From Candidatus Eiseniibacteriota bacterium (GTDB lineage: Bacteria; Eisenbacteria; RBG-16-71-46), in assembly GCA_963744995.1 (NCBI GenBank), contig CAVUWA010000002.1, forward strand, positions 1,024,001-1,088,000: a stretch of DNA of 64,000 nucleotides. Reading direction: 5' to 3'. The notes under the pieces are model-generated. The model made no database searches, was not told the origin of the DNA, and saw only the letters and a program-made list of their open reading frames with translations. This document shows positions 51,583-61,640 of the stretch, one piece after another. Both the position numbers and the translations under genes were made by a program. Positions within the stretch are counted from its first letter, which is position 1. Every line of letters begins with the position of its first letter.

Positions 51583-52704
51583 GTGGATCTGCTGGTGCTG
51601 TCGGAGGTGCGGTGGGGGTATTTCCGCACCCGCAAACAGTTCCTGCTGTCGCGCTTTCCGGCGCCCTGGCGGGTGTTCTTCGCGCAGCCCCCCGCGGCCG
51701 GGGCCGATGACCCGTGGATCCCGCGCACCGAGGGCCGGGTCACGTATTTCACGACGCCCTTTCTGAAACCCGGCACCACGAATGCGGTGTACAACGGAAT
51801 GATGCGATTCGGGCCCGCCCGGGCGCTGGTGGATCGCTGGGCCGGCATGCATCTCGCCCGCCAGCTCGCGCGCCTGGGCGTGGAACGCGAACCGGTCGTC
51901 ATGTGCTCCAACATCTACGCGGCGGGGGTCCTTTCCCGGCTTCGCAAGAAGTTGGTATTCTACGACTTCAACGACAGCCCGTTTCAGTTCGCCGGGGTCC
52001 CCCGGTGGGCCCGGGGCTACTGGAAACGGACCCTCGATCAGGTGGATGTCCTGTTCGTCGTCTCCGAGTACTACCGCCGCCAGCTGAGCCGCGAGAGCGA
52101 CCGGCCGCTGGTTCTGCTGCCGAACGGCGTGGAGTTCGACGCGTTCGCCGCCCCGCGTGAGGTCCCCCCGGACCTCGCCGCGCTGCCGCGTCCGCACATC
52201 GGCTACGTCGGCCTGCTCTCGCACTTCCTCGATTTCGACGCGCTCGAGGCGATCCGCCGCGCGCGCCGCGGCGGCACGCTCGTGCTGATCGGCCCCGGCA
52301 CCCCGGCGACCGAACCGCAGCTCGAGGCGCTCGCCGCGCGCGCCGGCGTGGCGCGGCTCGGCCCGCGCCCCTACGCGGACGTGCCCGCGTACATGCAGGG
52401 GCTCGACGTCGGGCTGATTCCGTTCCGCGCCGACGATCCGCACGTCATGGGGATCAACCCCAACAAGGTCTACCAGTATCTCGCGGCCGGCGTGCCGGTG
52501 GTGACGACGCCGGTGCTGGATCTCGCCGAGCGGACCCCGGATCTCCAGTTCGCGGCCGGCGCGGAGGCGATGGTCCGGGCGCTGGCGCGGGCGCTGGACG
52601 CGCCGCCGGACCGGGCGCGGCGCCACGCGCTCGCACGCGATCACGACTGGGACGCGCTCGCGTCCCGGATGGTGGGCGAGATCGAGCGCCGGCTCGCCGC
52701 CTAG
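51583..52704 (+). CDS. Glycosyltransferase (GT4/TuaH-like)
   Basis: LLPNGV, IGYVG, DVGLIPF, NPNKVYQYLAAGVPVV. Confidence 0.85.
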   Translation: MDLLVLSEVRWGYFRTRKQFLLSRFPAPWRVFFAQPPAAGADDPWIPRTEGRVTYFTTPFLKPGTTNAVYNGMMRFGPARALVDRWAGMHLARQLARLGVEREPVVMCSNIYAAGVLSRLRKKLVFYDFNDSPFQFAGVPRWARGYWKRTLDQVDVLFVVSEYYRRQLSRESDRPLVLLPNGVEFDAFAAPREVPPDLAALPRPHIGYVGLLSHFLDFDALEAIRRARRGGTLVLIGPGTPATEPQLEALAARAGVARLGPRPYADVPAYMQGLDVGLIPFRADDPHVMGINPNKVYQYLAAGVPVVTTPVLDLAERTPDLQFAAGAEAMVRALARALDAPPDRARRHALARDHDWDALASRMVGEIERRLAA

Positions 52705-52735
52705 GACGGACTTCTTCCCGACGGGATCGGAACCC

Positions 52736-55171
52736 ATGGCTGATCGCAAGACCTCGAAGCGCGAAGCACGCCGCGACGCGCGCCGCCCGCAGGGCGGCGC
52801 ATCGCGCGGCCCCCGGCTGTCGCTCACCAACGGCTGGGTGGCCGTGCTGTTCGCGTTGCTCGTGGTCGTGTTCTTTCACGAGGTGTTCCTCGGCGGCAAG
52901 ACGTTCACCTCGCCGGATGCGATCGCCCCGGTCGGCTTCGTACGCATGGGGCAGCAGGCGCTCTACCAGCAGCACGTGTATCCGCTCTGGAATCCGTTCG
53001 TGTTCCTCGGCATGCCGTCGTTCGCGAGCGGCGCCTACAATCCGCTGATCTACCCGCCCGACTGGCCGCTGGCGCTGCTGGGCAAGGTCGTGCCGTTGCC
53101 CGACATGACCTGGCTGCTGCTCTACTATTTCATCGGTGCGCTCTCGATGTACCTGCTGGCCCGCGAGTGGGGCGCGCGGCCGGAGGGCGCGCTGCTGGCG
53201 GGGGCGGCGTTCGTCTTCGCTCCGAATCTGGTCGCGGTGGGCGCGCACGGCCACGGCAGCCAGCTCGTGGATTCGGCCTACCTGCCGCTGATGTTGTGGC
53301 TGGCGGCGCGGTGGCTCAGGCGCGGGACGGTCGCCGATCTCGGCTGGCTGGCCCTCGCCGGCGGTTTCCAGCTCCTGCGCGGTCACGTGCAGATCTGCTT
53401 CTACACCTGGGGCGCGGTCGGCGTGTACGCGCTGATCGAGTGGGTGAGAGCGCTGCGCGATCCGGAGCGGCGGGTGGGCGGCACCGTGCGGGCCGCTGCG
53501 ATCGCGGCGGCCGCGGCGCTGGCGTTCGGTCTCGCCGGCTTCTACAACCTGCCGCTGCACGACTACGCGCAGTACTCGATCCGTGGCGGCAGTGATGCCG
53601 GCGGCGGGGTCGGCATGCCCTACGCGACCGCGTGGTCGATGGGCCTCTACGAGCTGCCGTCGATCGTGATTGCCGGCTGGGTCGGTTTCGGCGGCGCCAC
53701 GTATTGGGGCGGGATGCCGTTCACCGACTATCCGAACGCCTACCTCGGCATCGTCGCCGTGCTGCTGGCCGTGCCCGCACTGTTCGGGCGCGGCGGGCCG
53801 CGCCTGTTCGCCGGCGTGCTCGCGGCGGGCGCGCTGCTGGTCGCCTTCGGCTACCACACACCGGTCTACCGGTTCCTCTACGATCACCTGCCGCTGTTCA
53901 ACAAGTTCCGCGTGCCGGTGATGATCCTCATCCTCCTGCAGATCGCGGCCGCGCTCGCGCTGGCATGGGGCTGGAGCGACGTGCTCGCGGCGCGCGAAGA
54001 CGACGCCCGCCGCGCGCGCATCGATCGCGCGCTGCTCGTGCTCGGCGCGCTGGTGGCGGTCGTGTGCCTGGGCGGCACCCTGTTCGCGGGCGCCTGGCAC
54101 GACGGCTACGTGCGGTACGCGATGGCGCATCAGCCCAAACTGCCGCTCGAGGCTGCGAACGCCGCAGCGCAGGAGGTCGCCGGCGATCTGGCGCGGGCCG
54201 GGCTGCTGGGGCTGATCGCGCTCGCCGCGGCATGGCTGGTGCTTCGCCGCCGCGTGTCGGTGACCCTCGCCAGCGCCGTCGCGCTGGCCGTGCTGCTGGT
54301 GGACCTGTGGCCAGTGAGCGGCCGCGTCATGCAGCCGGTGATCGGCGACCCGCCGGCGAACGTGCTCGACGTCGGCGAAAACGACACCGTGCGCTGGCTC
54401 GAACAGGTGGCACCGCCGAGCGAGTACCGCATCTTTCCGATCGACGAGTTCCAGTCCAACCGGTTCGCCGGGTTCGGTGTGCCCTCGCTCGGCGGCTACC
54501 ATCCGGCGAAGCTCAGGCGCTTCCAGGATCTGCTCGACGCCGGGGCGCCGGGCAGCCCGCGCTGGCAGCGACTGCTGAACCTGCGCTTCATTCTGATCCA
54601 GCGCCAGTACCAGGATCTCCCGCCGTACCTCAAGCCCGTCTACGAAGGGCAGACCAATACCGTGCTGCAGAACCTCATCGCGCTGCCGCGCGCGACCGTG
54701 GTCGGCCGCTACGAGGTCGTGCAGCCCGCGCGGGCGATCATCGATTCGGTGTCGAACGGCGTCACCGATCCGGCGGCCATCACGTACCTCGAATCCGATC
54801 CGGGCCTGACGCTCGGCCCGGTGGACGGCGCGACCGCGAAGATCACCCGCTACGACCTCAACGACGTGACGGTCGAAGTGCATACGCCCGGCCCGGGGCT
54901 GCTGCGGCTCGCGGACGAGTGGTATCCGGACTGGAAGGCGACGGTGGACGGCAAGACGGCGCCGGTGCTGCGCGCCGACTACCTGCTGCGCGCCGTCCCG
55001 GTGCCGGCCGGGGATCACACCGTGGTGTTCCGCTTCCAGTCGAAGTCGCTGCGCGAGGGACTGATCCTCTCGATCGTGAGCCTGCTGCTGATCCTGGGTC
55101 TGCTGGGCGTGGGGATCGCGCAGGGCCGCAGGCGTCCGCGCGCCGCGCCGCCCGAGACCACCGGGGCGTGA
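52736..55171 (+). CDS. YfhO family GT-C membrane protein
   Basis: PLWNPFVFLGMP, many TM segments, C-terminal WYPDWKATVDG..VPVPAGDHTVVFRF plus a final TM helix. Confidence 0.88.
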   Translation: MADRKTSKREARRDARRPQGGASRGPRLSLTNGWVAVLFALLVVVFFHEVFLGGKTFTSPDAIAPVGFVRMGQQALYQQHVYPLWNPFVFLGMPSFASGAYNPLIYPPDWPLALLGKVVPLPDMTWLLLYYFIGALSMYLLAREWGARPEGALLAGAAFVFAPNLVAVGAHGHGSQLVDSAYLPLMLWLAARWLRRGTVADLGWLALAGGFQLLRGHVQICFYTWGAVGVYALIEWVRALRDPERRVGGTVRAAAIAAAAALAFGLAGFYNLPLHDYAQYSIRGGSDAGGGVGMPYATAWSMGLYELPSIVIAGWVGFGGATYWGGMPFTDYPNAYLGIVAVLLAVPALFGRGGPRLFAGVLAAGALLVAFGYHTPVYRFLYDHLPLFNKFRVPVMILILLQIAAALALAWGWSDVLAAREDDARRARIDRALLVLGALVAVVCLGGTLFAGAWHDGYVRYAMAHQPKLPLEAANAAAQEVAGDLARAGLLGLIALAAAWLVLRRRVSVTLASAVALAVLLVDLWPVSGRVMQPVIGDPPANVLDVGENDTVRWLEQVAPPSEYRIFPIDEFQSNRFAGFGVPSLGGYHPAKLRRFQDLLDAGAPGSPRWQRLLNLRFILIQRQYQDLPPYLKPVYEGQTNTVLQNLIALPRATVVGRYEVVQPARAIIDSVSNGVTDPAAITYLESDPGLTLGPVDGATAKITRYDLNDVTVEVHTPGPGLLRLADEWYPDWKATVDGKTAPVLRADYLLRAVPVPAGDHTVVFRFQSKSLREGLILSIVSLLLILGLLGVGIAQGRRRPRAAPPETTGA

Positions 55172-55173
55172 AG

Positions 55174-55890
55174 ATGGAAAAGCTGATCATCGTTCCCACC
55201 TACAACGAACGCGAGAACATCGATCCGCTCATCGAGCGCCTGATGGCGCTGCCGTACGACCTGCACGTCCTGGTCGTGGACGACGGCTCGCCCGACGGCA
55301 CCGGCGATCTGGTGAAGGCCTGGCAGGCGAGGACGCCTCGGGTGCATCTCATGCAGCGCCCCGGCAAGATGGGCCTCGGCTCGGCGTACCGGGACGGGTT
55401 CCGTTACGCGCTCGAGAACGGGGCGGAATACATCTTCGAGATGGACGCGGACTTCTCCCACGACCCCGACGCGATCGGCGGCTTCCTCGAGAACGCGGAG
55501 GATCACGACATCGTTCTCGGCTCGCGCTACCTGCGCGGCGTGACGGTGATCAACTGGCCGCTCAGCCGGCTGATCCTGTCGTACACCGCCAACGTGTACA
55601 CGCGGATCGTCACCGGTCTGCCGCTGCGCGACGCCACCGGCGGGTTCAAGTGCTTCCGGCGGCGCGCGCTCGAGGCGGTGCGGCTCGATCACGTGAAATC
55701 GGACGGCTACGCGTTCCAGATCGAAATGTCCTTCAAGTGCTGGAAGAAGGGATTCACGATCAAGGAGATCCCCATCATCTTCGTCGATCGTCAGGCGGGC
55801 GCCTCGAAGATGAGCCGGCGCATCGTCTGGGAGGCGGCCTGGATGGTGTGGCGCCTCCGTCTGCTCGACCTCTTCGGCCGTCTGGAGTAA
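55174..55890 (+). CDS. Polyprenol monophosphomannose synthase (Dpm1/Ppm1-like)
   Basis: PTYNERENI, VDDGSPDGT, MDADFSHDP, DATGGFKCF, GYAFQIEM. Confidence 0.92.
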   Translation: MEKLIIVPTYNERENIDPLIERLMALPYDLHVLVVDDGSPDGTGDLVKAWQARTPRVHLMQRPGKMGLGSAYRDGFRYALENGAEYIFEMDADFSHDPDAIGGFLENAEDHDIVLGSRYLRGVTVINWPLSRLILSYTANVYTRIVTGLPLRDATGGFKCFRRRALEAVRLDHVKSDGYAFQIEMSFKCWKKGFTIKEIPIIFVDRQAGASKMSRRIVWEAAWMVWRLRLLDLFGRLE

Positions 55891-55895
55891 GTGCC

Positions 55896-58169
55896 TTGCG
55901 AATCCCCTCACCGAGCTTCATCGTGGCCGCGGTGCTCGTTTCCGCGTCGTGGGGGCCTGCCGCGCCGGCCGGTGCGGCGAGTTCCGGCGCATGGTCCACG
56001 TTCCTGCGTCCTTACGACTACGTGCAGCTCGCCGTCTCCGGCGACACCGTCTGGTGCGCCACGGCGGAAGCCGGACTCGTCCTCTATCGCCCTTCCGACA
56101 GCACGTTCTCGAGCATCGCCCGCGTTCCGGGCGGTCTCGCGAGCAACGCGCTGACGTCGCTGGTGTTCGACCGCGGCGGCCGGCTGTGGATGGGCACGGC
56201 GGCGGCCGGGGTCAGCTTCCTCGAAGCGGACCGCTCGACGTGGGGGCTGCTGAACGCGTTCGACGGTCTGCCGCCCGGCGAGGTCACCTGCCTCGCCCTG
56301 GACCCCGTGCGCGATTCGCTGTGGATCGGCACCGACGCCGGCGTCGCGCTGTGGAACGGCTCGGAGATCGCCGGCACTCTGCCGGACGGCGTCAGTCCGT
56401 CGCCGTTCGCGAGCGATCTCATCCGCGGCATCGTGGTGAAGTCCGACTCGCAGTTCATCGCCACCGACGCCGGCGCCTACCTGCGCCGCCCGCAGGGGGG
56501 CGGCAACGTGATCGATACGATCAACGCGGGGCTGTTCGTACCCTCGATCGACGCCATGGTGACCGATGGCATCGACGTGTTCGCGCAGGTCAACGGTGCC
56601 GTGCAGCGCTGGAGCGGCCCGACACGCTCCTGGTTCGGGACGACCGGCATCGGTACCGTCTACCGCCTGGCGGCCAGCGGCGGCCAGGTGTTCGCGTCAT
56701 CGAACCAGGGCGTGTTCCGCTGGAACGTCAACACCTGGCAGCTGGTCTCCAGCGTGGCTCGGTCGAATGGCGGGATCGGCACGACGTTCGGTGTCGGGAC
56801 GGCGGGGCCGGGTGCTGCGGTCTATGCCGCCGATCGTGACGTGCTGTATGCGTTCCCGGCGGGCGGCGGCCCGCCGGAGGCTCACCTCTACAGCGCCCCG
56901 CCCGGCAACAACGTGCTCAACCTCTACGTCGAGGGCCCGCGCCTGTACGTGAACACCCTGTCGAGCGGCTATCAGGGCGGGGTCGGACGTTTCGACGGCG
57001 TCCGGTGGCGAAACTGGTACGGCGGCATGACCTGCCAGTCCGGCTGCGACACGACCTTCCAGAACACGTCGTTCCCGTTCGCGCTCGTCGCCGACAAGGA
57101 CGGCCGCAAGTGGGTCGCCGACTGGGGCACCGGAATCGAGATCCTGGACGACACCGGTCCGGTTCCGCAGGTCACGCGCCCGACCTGGAGCGACGGATTC
57201 ACCTTCGCTCAGCACACGTGGGGCGCCGCGGCGGTGATCGATTCGAACGGCGGCCACTGGTTCGGCATGGATACGCCGAACTTCGGCGGCAGCGATCCGG
57301 GCGACCAGCCGATCGGCCTCGAGTACTACGACTCGACCGGCGCTTACGTGGCGAATTATCGGCCCGGCGACGACGCCCTGCGCGGCAACGGCAAGATCAA
57401 GGCGCTGACGGTGGATCACAACCGGCGCGTCTGGGTCGGGCACTCCGATCAGGGCCTGCAGTACTTCGAGTGGGGCCGCGGAGCGGTCACGCCCGCGTTC
57501 AAGGATGCCCAGCCGGTCGAGAACGTGGACTTCCGCGGCCTCGTGGCCTCGGGCGACACGATCTGGGCGAGCACCACGAACGACGTGCGCACCTACAACG
57601 CCAGAACCGCCGCGCTGACCCACTCGTATCCCATTCCGGCCGGCCCCTCGGATCTCGCGCTCCACCCGATCGCGGTCGGGACCGACGGCCGCGTCTGGCT
57701 CGGCAGCACCAACGGCGTCCGCGTCTACAATCGCGACGGCAGCGTCAGCGCCGACTACCGGGCGGACAATTCACCGCTGACCGGGAACGACGTGCGCGCC
57801 ATCCGGGTCGATCCGGTGACCGGCGCCGTCTGGATCGGCACTGCGGGCGGCCTCAACCGCTTCGATCCCTTCTACACGCCGCCGCCGCCGCCGGCGCTCG
57901 CGCGGCTCGACGTGCGCGCGTATCCCAATCCCGCGCCGCTGAGCGCCATCGGCGCCAGCGTTCACCTCTCGGGCAACGCCACGACCTACACCGGCGCCGT
58001 GTACGACCTCTCGGGCCGGGTGCTGCGCCGATTCGGCGGGGTGGCCGACCGCAGCGTGGCGTGGGACGGCCGCGACGGCGACGGCCAGGTCGTGCGTCCC
58101 GGCGTCTATTTCGTCCGCGTGGAGGCCGGGGGTCGCGCCTCGACGGTCCGCGTCGTGCTGCTGCGCTGA
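55896..58169 (+). CDS. PorZ-like beta-propeller protein with T9SS/FlgD-like C-terminal domain
   Basis: Signal peptide; repeated propeller blades (LWMGT, LWIGTDAG, VWLGSTNG, VWIGTAGGL, NSPL); C-terminal YPNP..YDLSGR..WDGRD..GVYFVRV; TTG start after GGAG. Confidence 0.75.
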   Translation: MRIPSPSFIVAAVLVSASWGPAAPAGAASSGAWSTFLRPYDYVQLAVSGDTVWCATAEAGLVLYRPSDSTFSSIARVPGGLASNALTSLVFDRGGRLWMGTAAAGVSFLEADRSTWGLLNAFDGLPPGEVTCLALDPVRDSLWIGTDAGVALWNGSEIAGTLPDGVSPSPFASDLIRGIVVKSDSQFIATDAGAYLRRPQGGGNVIDTINAGLFVPSIDAMVTDGIDVFAQVNGAVQRWSGPTRSWFGTTGIGTVYRLAASGGQVFASSNQGVFRWNVNTWQLVSSVARSNGGIGTTFGVGTAGPGAAVYAADRDVLYAFPAGGGPPEAHLYSAPPGNNVLNLYVEGPRLYVNTLSSGYQGGVGRFDGVRWRNWYGGMTCQSGCDTTFQNTSFPFALVADKDGRKWVADWGTGIEILDDTGPVPQVTRPTWSDGFTFAQHTWGAAAVIDSNGGHWFGMDTPNFGGSDPGDQPIGLEYYDSTGAYVANYRPGDDALRGNGKIKALTVDHNRRVWVGHSDQGLQYFEWGRGAVTPAFKDAQPVENVDFRGLVASGDTIWASTTNDVRTYNARTAALTHSYPIPAGPSDLALHPIAVGTDGRVWLGSTNGVRVYNRDGSVSADYRADNSPLTGNDVRAIRVDPVTGAVWIGTAGGLNRFDPFYTPPPPPALARLDVRAYPNPAPLSAIGASVHLSGNATTYTGAVYDLSGRVLRRFGGVADRSVAWDGRDGDGQVVRPGVYFVRVEAGGRASTVRVVLLR

Positions 58170-58180
58170 CGGGGACCGGA

Positions 58181-59188
58181 GTGGAGCCGCAATTCTTCGA
58201 CGCGCCCCCCGGCGGATGGGAGTCGCTGCTCGCCGAGGACCCGAACGCGACGCCGGCCCATCGGCCCGCACTGTGGCGCGCCTTCGCCGACACGTACGGC
58301 ATGCGTCTCGCGTTCGTCGCGGCGCGGCGCGCGGGTGCGCTGGTGGGCGGCGCGCCGCTGCTGATCGAGCGGCGCGCCGGCTTCACGTGGCTCCACGGCA
58401 TGCCGATGCTCCTGCCGGCGGCGCCGCTGGCCCGTGACGCCGACCGCGAGGCGGTGGACGTCGCCGTCGCACGCGGTGTCGGCATGCTGCAGCGGCGCCT
58501 GCGCGTGGTCGGCGGCGAGTGGTCGGTCTATCGGCCGCGCGATCCGGCGCCGGACGATACCGTACTCGCTGCGTGCGGCGGGGAGGTGCGCACGATGGAG
58601 ACCGCCTGCGTCGAACTCGGGGCGGGGCTCGATGCGGCACGCCGGCGCATGGATCGCAAGACCCGCCAGGAGGTGCGCCGTGCCGGCAGGCGGTTGCGCT
58701 TCGCCGAGGCGCCCGAGGCGCTCGAGGAGGCCTACGCGCTCTACGCGCGGCAGGCGCGCGCATGGGGCGCGCACCGGCCGCTGCCGCTCGAGCTGTCGCG
58801 GCGGCTACTGCACGGGCCGGCCCCCGCGGCGCGGCTGTTCACGGTGCGCGATGCGCAGGGAATGCTGTCGGCGGTACTCGCCCTGGACCACGTGCGCGAG
58901 ACCCTGCTGTGGTGGAGCGGATCGCATCCGGAGGCGCGCAGGCGCGGCGCGTTCCCGTTCCTGCTGTGGTCGGTGATCGAGCGGGCGGCGGAGGAGGGGC
59001 GCGCGCGCGTCAACCTGGGTGCGAGCGCGGGCCGCTCCCCGGTGGCGGGGTTCAAGGCCTCGCTCGGCGCCGCGTCGTTGCGCTATCCGGTGTGCTGGCT
59101 CGACGCCCGCTATGCCTCGCTGGCGGGGCGCGGGCTCGCGTGGCTGCAGGGACGCGTGCGGCGCGGCCGGGATCGGGGCGGCGCATGA
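58181..59188 (+). CDS. FemAB-like double-GNAT acyltransferase
   Basis: WESLL..TPAHRPALW, RKTRQEVRRA, NLGAS..VAGFKASLGA match the FemAB-related GNAT pattern. Confidence 0.72.
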   Translation: MEPQFFDAPPGGWESLLAEDPNATPAHRPALWRAFADTYGMRLAFVAARRAGALVGGAPLLIERRAGFTWLHGMPMLLPAAPLARDADREAVDVAVARGVGMLQRRLRVVGGEWSVYRPRDPAPDDTVLAACGGEVRTMETACVELGAGLDAARRRMDRKTRQEVRRAGRRLRFAEAPEALEEAYALYARQARAWGAHRPLPLELSRRLLHGPAPAARLFTVRDAQGMLSAVLALDHVRETLLWWSGSHPEARRRGAFPFLLWSVIERAAEEGRARVNLGASAGRSPVAGFKASLGAASLRYPVCWLDARYASLAGRGLAWLQGRVRRGRDRGGA

Positions 59189-60342
59189 GGATCGCGACGC
59201 TCGGCAACGCGGCGGTGGTGCACACCCGGCGCTGGGTGGAGACGTTCCGGGCCCGCGGCCACGAGGTCGAGCTGTGGTCGCTCGAGCCGGGCCCGCCCTC
59301 CCTGCGCGCCCGCCTGCTGCGCCACCTGCCGGCGCCGGGTTTCATCCGTTATCCGCTCACCGTCCCGGCGCTGCGCGAGGCGCTGCACGCCTTCCGCCCC
59401 GACGTGGTGGACGCGCACTACGTGCCGAACTACGGCCTGATGGGCGCGCTCGCCGGCGTGCGGCCGCTGTCGGTGGCGGCATGGGGTTCGGATCTGCTGG
59501 TCGCCGGGCCGCGCGACCCGCTGCAGCGGCTGCGCGCGCGATTCGTGCTCGGCCGCGCTTCCCTGGTGCTGGCCGACGGCGGCAATCTCGCCGTGGCGGC
59601 GCGTGCGCTCGGCGCGGATCCGCGCGTGGTCGTGACGCTGCCCTGGGGTGTGGACGTCGACCGCTTCCGGCCGGCGGCCCGGCGCGAACCGGGGCTGCTG
59701 CTCAGCACGCGCATGCACGAGCCGGTCTACGACCTGCCGGTGCTGATCGAAGGCCTTGCGCCGCTCATGGAGGCGCGTCCGGAGCTCAGGCTCGTGCTCA
59801 CCGGCGATGGTTCACTGCGCGCTTCGCTCGAGCGTCTCGCCGCGCGCCGGCTGCCGGCCGGCCGCTATGCGTTCACCGGCCGGATCGAACCCGGCGAGAT
59901 GGCGGATCTGCTGGGACGCGCACAGGTGTTCCTCTCGGCGTCGCGTTCCGATTCGACGTCGGTCTCGCTGCTCGAGGCGATGGCAGCCGGGGCGCTGCCG
60001 GTGGTGAGCGACATCGAGGGCAACCGCGAGTGGGTGGCGGAGGGCGACGGCGCGCGGCTGTTCGCGGTCGGCGACGCCGAAGGGGCGGGGCGGGCCGTGG
60101 CGCGCGCGCTCGACGATCCGGCGTGGGCGGAAACGACCCGCGCCCGCAACCGCGCGGTGATCCGCGCGCGGGGCGATGCGGCGGCCAACATGGCGCGCGT
60201 CGAGGCGCTGTTCGAGGCGCTCGCGCACGGCGTTCCGATCGACGCCGGGCACCTCGCGCCCGCGCCGGACGTCGCGGGCGCGCACCGCACGGCGGCGGAT
60301 CGCGCCGCGCCCGCGCCGCGCGACGGAGCGGGGCGCGCATGA
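59185..60342 (+). CDS. Glycosyltransferase family 4
   Basis: HTRRWV, HYVPNYG, WGSDLL, SVSLLEAMAAG. Confidence 0.88.
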   Translation: MRIATLGNAAVVHTRRWVETFRARGHEVELWSLEPGPPSLRARLLRHLPAPGFIRYPLTVPALREALHAFRPDVVDAHYVPNYGLMGALAGVRPLSVAAWGSDLLVAGPRDPLQRLRARFVLGRASLVLADGGNLAVAARALGADPRVVVTLPWGVDVDRFRPAARREPGLLLSTRMHEPVYDLPVLIEGLAPLMEARPELRLVLTGDGSLRASLERLAARRLPAGRYAFTGRIEPGEMADLLGRAQVFLSASRSDSTSVSLLEAMAAGALPVVSDIEGNREWVAEGDGARLFAVGDAEGAGRAVARALDDPAWAETTRARNRAVIRARGDAAANMARVEALFEALAHGVPIDAGHLAPAPDVAGAHRTAADRAAPAPRDGAGRA

Positions 60343-61640
60343 ACCGCCGGCTGCTGGTGCTCTGTTACTTCTATCCGCCGCTGGCGGGCGGCGGCGTGCA
60401 TCGCGTGCTCTCGTTCACGCGTTACCTGCCGGCACACGGCTGGTCCTGCACGGTCGTGTGTGCGGGGGAAGAGGACTACTGGATCGTCGATCCCTCGCTG
60501 CTGCAGCGCATCCCGCCCGCGACCCGCGTCGAACGCGTCCAGGGCGGCAGCGCGCTGTCGGCCTGGCTGACGCTCGGCGGCCGGCGGCGGCCGGGGGCGC
60601 GCGGCCGGCGTTCGGGCGCGGTGTTCGGCGCGCTGCGCGCCCTGAGCGATTTCACGCTGCTGCCGGACTCCTACGCGGGATGGTCGCGCCGCGCGGGCCG
60701 GGTCGCGACGCGGCTCGCGAACGAGACGGGCTTCGACGCCATGCTGTCGAGCTCGCCGCCGGACAGCGTGCATCTGGCGGCGCGCGCCGTGCGGCGCGCC
60801 ACGGGCCTGCCATGGGCGGCGGATTTCCGCGATCCCTGGGTGCCGCTCCACTTCCGCACGCCTCCCACGGCGTGGCACCGCGGGCGCCAGGCGGCGCTCG
60901 AGAAGTCCGTGATCGAAGGCGCCGACATCGTGCTGGCGGCGTCCCGCACGCATGCCGATGCCATGGGTGCGGTGAGCGGCGCGCACGCCCGGCGCGTGGT
61001 GCACCTGCCGAACGGCTTCGAGCCCGGCGAGGAGAGCGCCGCGGCCGCGCAGGACGACGGCACGGACGCGCCGGCGTTCCGCATGGCATTCACGGGGACC
61101 CTTTCGCTGATGACCGACACCGAGCAGTTCCTCGCCGCGCTCGGCGACGTGCTCGCGTCGCGCCCGCAGGCGCGGCGGCACGTCCGCGCACGGATGTGCG
61201 GCCCCTACGACGTGCGCTACGAGCAGCGCGCCCTCGCGCTCGGCCTCGCCGACATCGTCACGTTCACCGGGCCGGTGAGCCACGCGACCTCGCGCCGGAT
61301 CCAGCGCGGGGCGGATCTGCTGCTGCTCTGGAAGCCGCGCCACGGCGTCACGATGGTGCCCGGCAAGACCTACGAGTATCTCGACGCCGGGCGTCCGATC
61401 CTCGCCCTGCTCGATCCGGACGACGAGGCCGCCGCCCTCGTCGCCCGCGGCGGCGGCCTCGTCGTCTCCCCGCACGATCGCGCGGCGATCGCCCGCGCGA
61501 TCGGCGAACGCTACGACGCGTGGGCGCGGGGCACGCGCTGGCCGGACCTCCGGCCGGCGTGGCTCGACGACTTCGCCCGCCCGGCGCTGGCGGCCCGGCT
61601 GGCGTCGGAGCTGGATCATCTGGTCCAATCCCGATCATGA
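60339..61640 (+). CDS. Glycosyltransferase family 4-like
   Basis: YFYPP..GGVHR, SSPP, ADFRDPW, LPNGF, PGKTYEYL. Confidence 0.88.
   Translation: MNRRLLVLCYFYPPLAGGGVHRVLSFTRYLPAHGWSCTVVCAGEEDYWIVDPSLLQRIPPATRVERVQGGSALSAWLTLGGRRRPGARGRRSGAVFGALRALSDFTLLPDSYAGWSRRAGRVATRLANETGFDAMLSSSPPDSVHLAARAVRRATGLPWAADFRDPWVPLHFRTPPTAWHRGRQAALEKSVIEGADIVLAASRTHADAMGAVSGAHARRVVHLPNGFEPGEESAAAAQDDGTDAPAFRMAFTGTLSLMTDTEQFLAALGDVLASRPQARRHVRARMCGPYDVRYEQRALALGLADIVTFTGPVSHATSRRIQRGADLLLLWKPRHGVTMVPGKTYEYLDAGRPILALLDPDDEAAALVARGGGLVVSPHDRAAIARAIGERYDAWARGTRWPDLRPAWLDDFARPALAARLASELDHLVQSRS

Noticed and set aside
57877..57894. CCG-type triplet runs (poly-Pro), also near 38697-38712
   Set aside because: Ordinary in-frame proline linkers; triplet runs cannot cause phase-variable frameshifts.
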